Position numbers and translations under genes: made by a program. Shown piece by piece: positions 58,801 to 64,000 of a DNA stretch of 64,000 nucleotides (positions within the stretch are counted from its first letter, which is position 1; every line of letters starts with the position of its first letter). Under the pieces are notes generated by a model. The model was not told the origin of the DNA. It ran no database searches and was given only the letters and a program-made list of their open reading frames with translations. This stretch comes from Bugula neritina (taxonomy: Eukaryota; Animalia; Bryozoa): contig OZ037769.1 in the NCBI GenBank assembly GCA_964035545.1, positions 5,623,929 to 5,687,928 of the forward strand, given 5' to 3'.

Positions 58801-61527
58801 CTGTAATAAATGCAGTTATGTTGACGTAGTTTCATCATCTCATCAAGCAGTAAAGTTGCCCCACTAGAACGGGACTCATCACATATAATGAGCAGATTTT
58901 CGTATCAAGACATAAAATATGCAGTTTGCAGGAAAGCAGCTTTTCTAAAATCAAAATCAAAAACCAATAACCGTAGCTACAGTAGCGGTTTGCTAACAGA
59001 GTTTTTGGTGAAATCCACCAAAAGAATAACCTGGCATACATATTCTTGAGTATGAAATCACCTTATTAGCTTTAATAGTCTCTTTGCATTTAGTGAGTAA
59101 CTGCTCCTGACGTTTAACCTTCTCCTTGAGAGTAGCCAACTCCTCGGCGTTATGTTGTGGTGACGTGGAACTCGAGTCCTGCTCTTGTAGAAAGCTTATC
59201 TGATAACAAAAAGCACACATTACAGAAGGGGAACATAATTGGCACATATAGTGATGACAACTCCAAATTTGGCACGGCTTTTCACTTTTAGTACAAATGT
59301 CACATGACAACATTTACCTTAGTTTTCAGAGTTGATATTTCTGTATCTTTCTCCTCAATAGTAGACTGGAGGCTGGTTTCCAGGTGCTGTTTGCTCTTCC
59401 GCTCCAACTCAGACTGCTCTCTGAGCTCGGAAATCCTGCGGAATGATTTATCTTGCGATTGAGTGAGCAACTCACTAAGTTTAGCTCTCTCGTTCTCAGC
59501 TTGATTGAATGCAGTAAAAACCTGTATCACAATTATTATGTAGCAAATAAACAGCCAGCTCAGCATAAATGCCTTGATATATAAAATTAGATCGAAAAGA
59601 AACAGTCACTTGTTGCATAAAAAAGTGAGAAGATTCAATTTTTAAAGTTCAGTTTGCCTTGTTTTATTTCAGTTACATTGTTGCAGTGTACTAAATTACT
59701 TTACATTTAGTAAATACACTTCATACATAGTAAATGCGCAAGTTCATTCATAGCAAATGTATTTCATATGTAACAAACATACTTCACATATAGCACTTAT
59801 GCAGCTACTATATAACGAATATATATTTCTATTACATGTAGTAAATATGCTAGTTTTCCTATTAGTGTAGCGTCAAAACTGCACTAGCAAAAAGCATTGC
59901 ACTAGTAGAAATCACTGCCCACTTTAGTGGATGATGAATTTCAGTGAATCTATTACATCAATGACAGAAATAGAATTACCAGTAAACTGTATTGGTATAG
60001 GTACAATCACAAAAGCTACTGTATAAACCATATTTTTAACATAAACTTTGCAACATCCATGTCATTATTTGTTAAACTATTCAGCAAAATACTCAATTTT
60101 AAAATCAAATAGGAGTAGAGAGGTGAGAGCTAGCATACATACACACCTGTTTGTACTTGTTCTTGTACTTGACAGACGTCCTCTCTACAGCCCGGAACCT
60201 TTGGAACAACTCTTCTTTGCTGAAAGCTTGCAAGTTGACGACTGTTTCTGTTTCTGCTTCACTTTCATTATCACTGGGAATGATATACGAGGGCTTAGTA
60301 GGAGTTATCATCACATCGAGGGAGTTGTTGGCTGACATTGCAGTAGCAGTAGAGTCGTTGGCTGTGACATAAGAGTCGTCTACTGCTGATGTAGCACTGG
60401 CAGCACCCTACAAGGTAAATAAACATTTCCTTCACATTTCTGCTTAAAAAATGCACATCAAAACCAAATAGATAAATCATTTTAATTTGTTATTTGAATT
60501 CAAATGCGATTTAAGAAAATAAGTTTAATATTTCATAACAATAAAAATATAATTCTAACTAAAGGTTATCAAATAATGTTTCAAAGGAGAAACTTTCGCT
60601 GTTTGCAGCTTCATGCATATAAATGCAATTTATTTCATGCATCAACAAATAAAATAATAAGTAAAGAAGTTACAAACACATCTGATGGGCTATTACTGTG
60701 AAGCCATACTGTTTTTAAATGCCAAAAAGTAATTTTTACAACAAAAACTTCAGCAGCTACTATGTCTATCCAAAGTAATCCAGCAACATCAAATGCATGT
60801 TGCCAAAAGAGCTAAGAATTGTTTCACAAACATTTGCTAGTTTACTACCTGATTTAAAAGTTGGTTATTCAAGTTTTCAGTTATTACAAAAATATACTGA
60901 ACAGAGAGCAAGATGAAACTTTTATGATAACTGAAATAGCAATCAATCACTTCTTTGATAATCTCTATTCGAACAAAACGTCTAAGTGAAAAATTAATTA
61001 CAAGAAGCACAACAAAGTTTTTACAACGTATTAAAATAAAAGTGTATAAAGGTATCAGTGTAGTGTCAGTGAGGTGTCATCTAGCTTCACACCATGCATT
61101 CAGAGAACATTTTTGCTAGTCTATAAAAATAGTTTCTACAACACATGCACCTCATACTAAGAAATTTTAATGGCTGCTAAATTTCTTAAAAGTGCAAAAA
61201 ACCTTAGAGAATTAATAGAAATTACATATAAAATTACAAGCATGCTAGCTTCGCAACAAGTTTAATGGTGTTAACGGCTATCAGTCGACACAGCTCTAAC
61301 TGACTTCACTGTTTTAGAGTCAACTTGCTCTTTATTTAAGCAACTGATGTGTTTACCTTAACATCTTCATTGGGTTTTATTGGAGTGGACTGAGTAGAGG
61401 GTTCATCAATGTCAATTAGGCTTCCTTCCTTGACATCTGGTTTTTTAGCCAATGAGGTGCTTGCATTTACCTGCTGGGCAACCTTTTCAGCACCAACTTC
61501 AATTTTTTGCTTCAGTTTTTTAAACAT
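46816..61527 (-). CDS. GOLGA4: Golgin subfamily A member 4 / golgin-245 (GRIP-domain trans-Golgi golgin), ~2,020 aa
   Basis: N-terminus MFKKLKQKI matches the GOLGA4 start; C-terminal GRIP domain EPTELEYLKNVLYEYMMGKQTQ|TLAKVIASVMKFSKEQ; E/K/Q/L-rich coiled coil between. 22 phase-consistent exons: 61527-61357, 60407-60147, 59521-59318, 59199-59062, 58800-58645, 58211-58094, 57554-57430, 56942-56739, 56309-56130, 55676-55554, 55404-54614, 54510-53646, 53510-53383, 52974-52806, 52477-52312, 51697-51491, 51131-50932, 50639-49482, 48508-48379, 48233-48034, 47644-47372, 46905-46825 (2016 codons). Unspliced read-through gives VY* at 46816; the true stop is uncertain. Confidence 0.93.
47243..47362. 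repeat. 20-bp minisatellite (ACCACCAGAGAATCTGGTAA), ~6 copies, GOLGA4 intron 21
   Basis: Directly visible; starts within ~10 bp of the donor at 47371. The consensus unit contains an ACCAGA-GAA-TCTGGT mini-palindrome. Confidence 0.9.
47665..47845. repeat. Degenerate 12-bp repeat (ACTAGCAATRTA), GOLGA4 intron 20
   Basis: Directly visible; ends ~20 bp from the acceptor at 47645. Confidence 0.88.
48915..49382. mobile_element. ~465-bp MITE in GOLGA4 intron 18 (Kolobok-like ends)
   Basis: TAAAGTTGCATTTATACCTT (48915) versus GAGGTATAAACGCAACTTTA (49363-49382): 18/20 inverted match. Ends AG...CT are flanked by GTAA/TTAG, each one mismatch from a TTAA target duplication. Superfamily is inferred. Confidence 0.6.
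54830..55260 (-). repeat. Coding 45-bp tandem repeat (EHQTQLSDLESKLST x ~9.6) in GOLGA4 exon 11
   Basis: Nine full units plus one partial, near-identical at DNA level. Confidence 0.97.
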
Positions 61528-62400
61528 AGTGGTTTTTGTGTCGTCACTCCACAGCTATGTGCTACAGTTTAGTTACTTCATCAATTTCACAATTAATTTC
61601 AGCAAATAGAAGGTGAGGAGCCTAAATAAATTGAACAAAATTGAACTACAAATCAAGGACTAAACTCAAGTTTGGTTCAAATTCAACTAAAATTGCGTTT
61701 AACCTATTACTTAAAAATAGAAAACAAAAAATTGATAAACTTATGAAGTATAGAATTGCTCTAATAATTATCTAAATACTTAATATTCAATAACTAAATT
61801 CACTTATCAATTTAAAGTAGTTGAGTTTTACCATATAATGATATATACTAGCCAACTAGGTACTGCTCAAGCCTAAGGAGTAAAGACAGTACCACTATAA
61901 GTATGATTATGATAGTAAGCATGACGATAACTATAAGTTTAACTTTATGTAACAAGTAGTATCAGTATCAGTATGGGACCCAGACAATCATAAAATTCAA
62001 TCAGTATCAGTATGAGTAGCTACTTAAAGCTCTTAGTATAACTAAGTCTAATAACTATAAGTATAGCTAGAAAATTAAATAAGTTAAAGCTATCGAGAAT
62101 GAGAATCGTTACTAAATTAAAATTGACTAAAGTTTAATCAACTAAAAGTATTACTATTACTATAACATCAGTATAAGTATAAGTATTATTATTACTATTA
62201 CGTCTATTAGATTTAACATATACTGTAAATCTGTGATATAGTAATTACTATATTCAAATTTTAATTCATAGTCATACTCATAGTGAATGATACTGAGTCT
62301 AATAGTAATAGTCATACTGATACTCTGATACTCATGCCCATGGTCATACTCACTTACAGTTACACTTACAGTTAGTGTTACTGCATAACTATAAGTTTAG

Positions 62401-62447
62401 GACAATCAATTAAAAGTATAACTTAGTTATACTTATAATTGATTGTC
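62401..62447. repeat. 47-bp near-perfect palindrome in the putative GOLGA4 5'-UTR intron
   Basis: GACAATCAATTAAAAGTATAACT-T-AGTTATACTTATAATTGATTGTC: 23-bp arms with one mismatch. Confidence 0.9.
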
Positions 62448-64000
62448 TTGTTATTAACTATAACTTATAACTTATAAGAAATAAAACTAACATTAAGTCA
62501 ATACTAACAGTAATTCACTGAATGATAAAAAAAAATTAGCTTCAAGATAGTTATATTAATATTATTATTTAAAAGCCAAAACCAATTTGAAATTGAAGTT
62601 CAACTTCAAGTTGAAATTCAAATTGAAGTTCAAGTTGTTCACTTTGACATTGTGATTGACTTTCAGAATGAGAATTGTTTTAGTTTCAGTTTACATTACT
62701 TACCTCTGTTGGGCATAATCGGCTAATTCACACTATGTAATTTATGGTTGAAGCCTTGAGAAGCTACTTGTTCTTGTCATATACTAAATCATTATGGTTA
62801 TTTATTGTATTTAGTAATTAATTATATTAATATATTAATTATCATTATGAATTAATCAATTGAATACGTGGAAATTGGACTCAGGAAACTGCCGAGAAGA
62901 AAAAATATTTGGCACTGGCTCAATAGTCTTAGTATTAGTATGCCTGTAAATCTTATCCAGTTTCTATATTCGACTTTCTATAAAAAGCAGGCGATTTTTA
63001 GGCAAGCTTTTGTACTGATAACTCCTCGTAGCACTTCCTCATTTTCCATGAAATTTAAACTTTACTGTCTCTACAAGACAATAACTATTTTATGGATATT
63101 CACAGAGGTTATAATTTAAAAATTATAACTGATATAGTATACTGCTTTATGATTTTTATTATATAATAGTTTATATATACTGATCACATATAAACTTGAT
63201 ACTTGTATTAAGATGCTTCGTTACTGTATAATAGTATATAATTTAATAATCCTACTAGCATTGTGAAGAAGGAACTAGTGAACAAAGTTTTAATACTGCT
63301 ACACGGACACACCCCCATATAAATAGTTAAAGTAATGGTAATGCCAGTGTCCATAACTTGATATTGAGCATTTTGTATGCGTACTGATGGTGGTAAGCAA
63401 TAATTTAATAAAACTCAGTTCCTCACTTTTGCATGCTTTCATAAATTTGTTTTAGGATAAGTTTATTCTAATTCCAAGATGGCTAGTACATGCAATGAGA
63501 GATTAAAATTGTTAGCAACTCTGAGACAAGTGAAACTGCATGTACAACTATAAAGAAGTATGCTGCCTGCAGAATCCTATATACCACAGCCTGACAGCAA
63601 TAGTTATGCCTGAGCAATGATGCCAAGATGCATACGGCTGCTGCCTCCTTGATAACTTCAATGGATGCTCAAGTTTATGAGATTCTAAAGTAAAAAACAT
63701 AGTACATTAATTATTGATCCAACCATATCCATTTTCAAACTTAAAGTCAATATTTTCATTATATAGACAAATAGTTTGAAGCTAAAACTTATATGGGATA
63801 AAGTCCTAAAGACAAACTTTTCAAATTTCACAACTGTTTTGCAGTTTACATTAGGATAAAAGCAATAATGATATATATGATGATTAAATGCCTATAAAAT
63901 TTGTATAGCAATGAAACATTTAGTAACTTTTAAAAAGCAATCATCGATTTATTATTTAAGGAGGTGTTATTATGTCATGCATGTACTTTTAAAAAAATTT

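Overview
AT-rich eukaryotic (invertebrate animal-like) genomic DNA with spliceosomal introns; no prokaryotic features or CRISPR. Four protein-coding genes were reconstructed by hand, all on the minus strand. (1) A CG12581-like PTB/PID-domain protein (large exon 18976-20415; terminal exon not located). (2) A second, very divergent PTB/PID-domain protein (2 coding exons, 30225-31665, 379 aa). (3) A complete 9-exon mitochondrial sulfide:quinone oxidoreductase (SQOR, 448 aa, 36362-43201). (4) A 22-exon golgin-245/GOLGA4 orthologue (~2,020 aa, GRIP domain, ~46816-61527) with a coding 45-bp tandem repeat and a probable GC-AG intron. Non-coding DNA holds a TA-flanked deleted DNA transposon, several MITE families, a tRNA-derived SINE, many micro/minisatellites and short local duplications. 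The most notable observations are a decayed minimal hammerhead-ribozyme-like motif beside a (TA)n tract, the linked PTB gene pair with candidate ligand motifs, 11/15/19-residue non-heptad coiled-coil periodicity in the golgin, and a shared low-complexity/palindromic signature at the 5' ends of SQOR and GOLGA4. I found no convincing evidence of a wholly new multi-gene system. Family assignments come from motif recall, not database searches.
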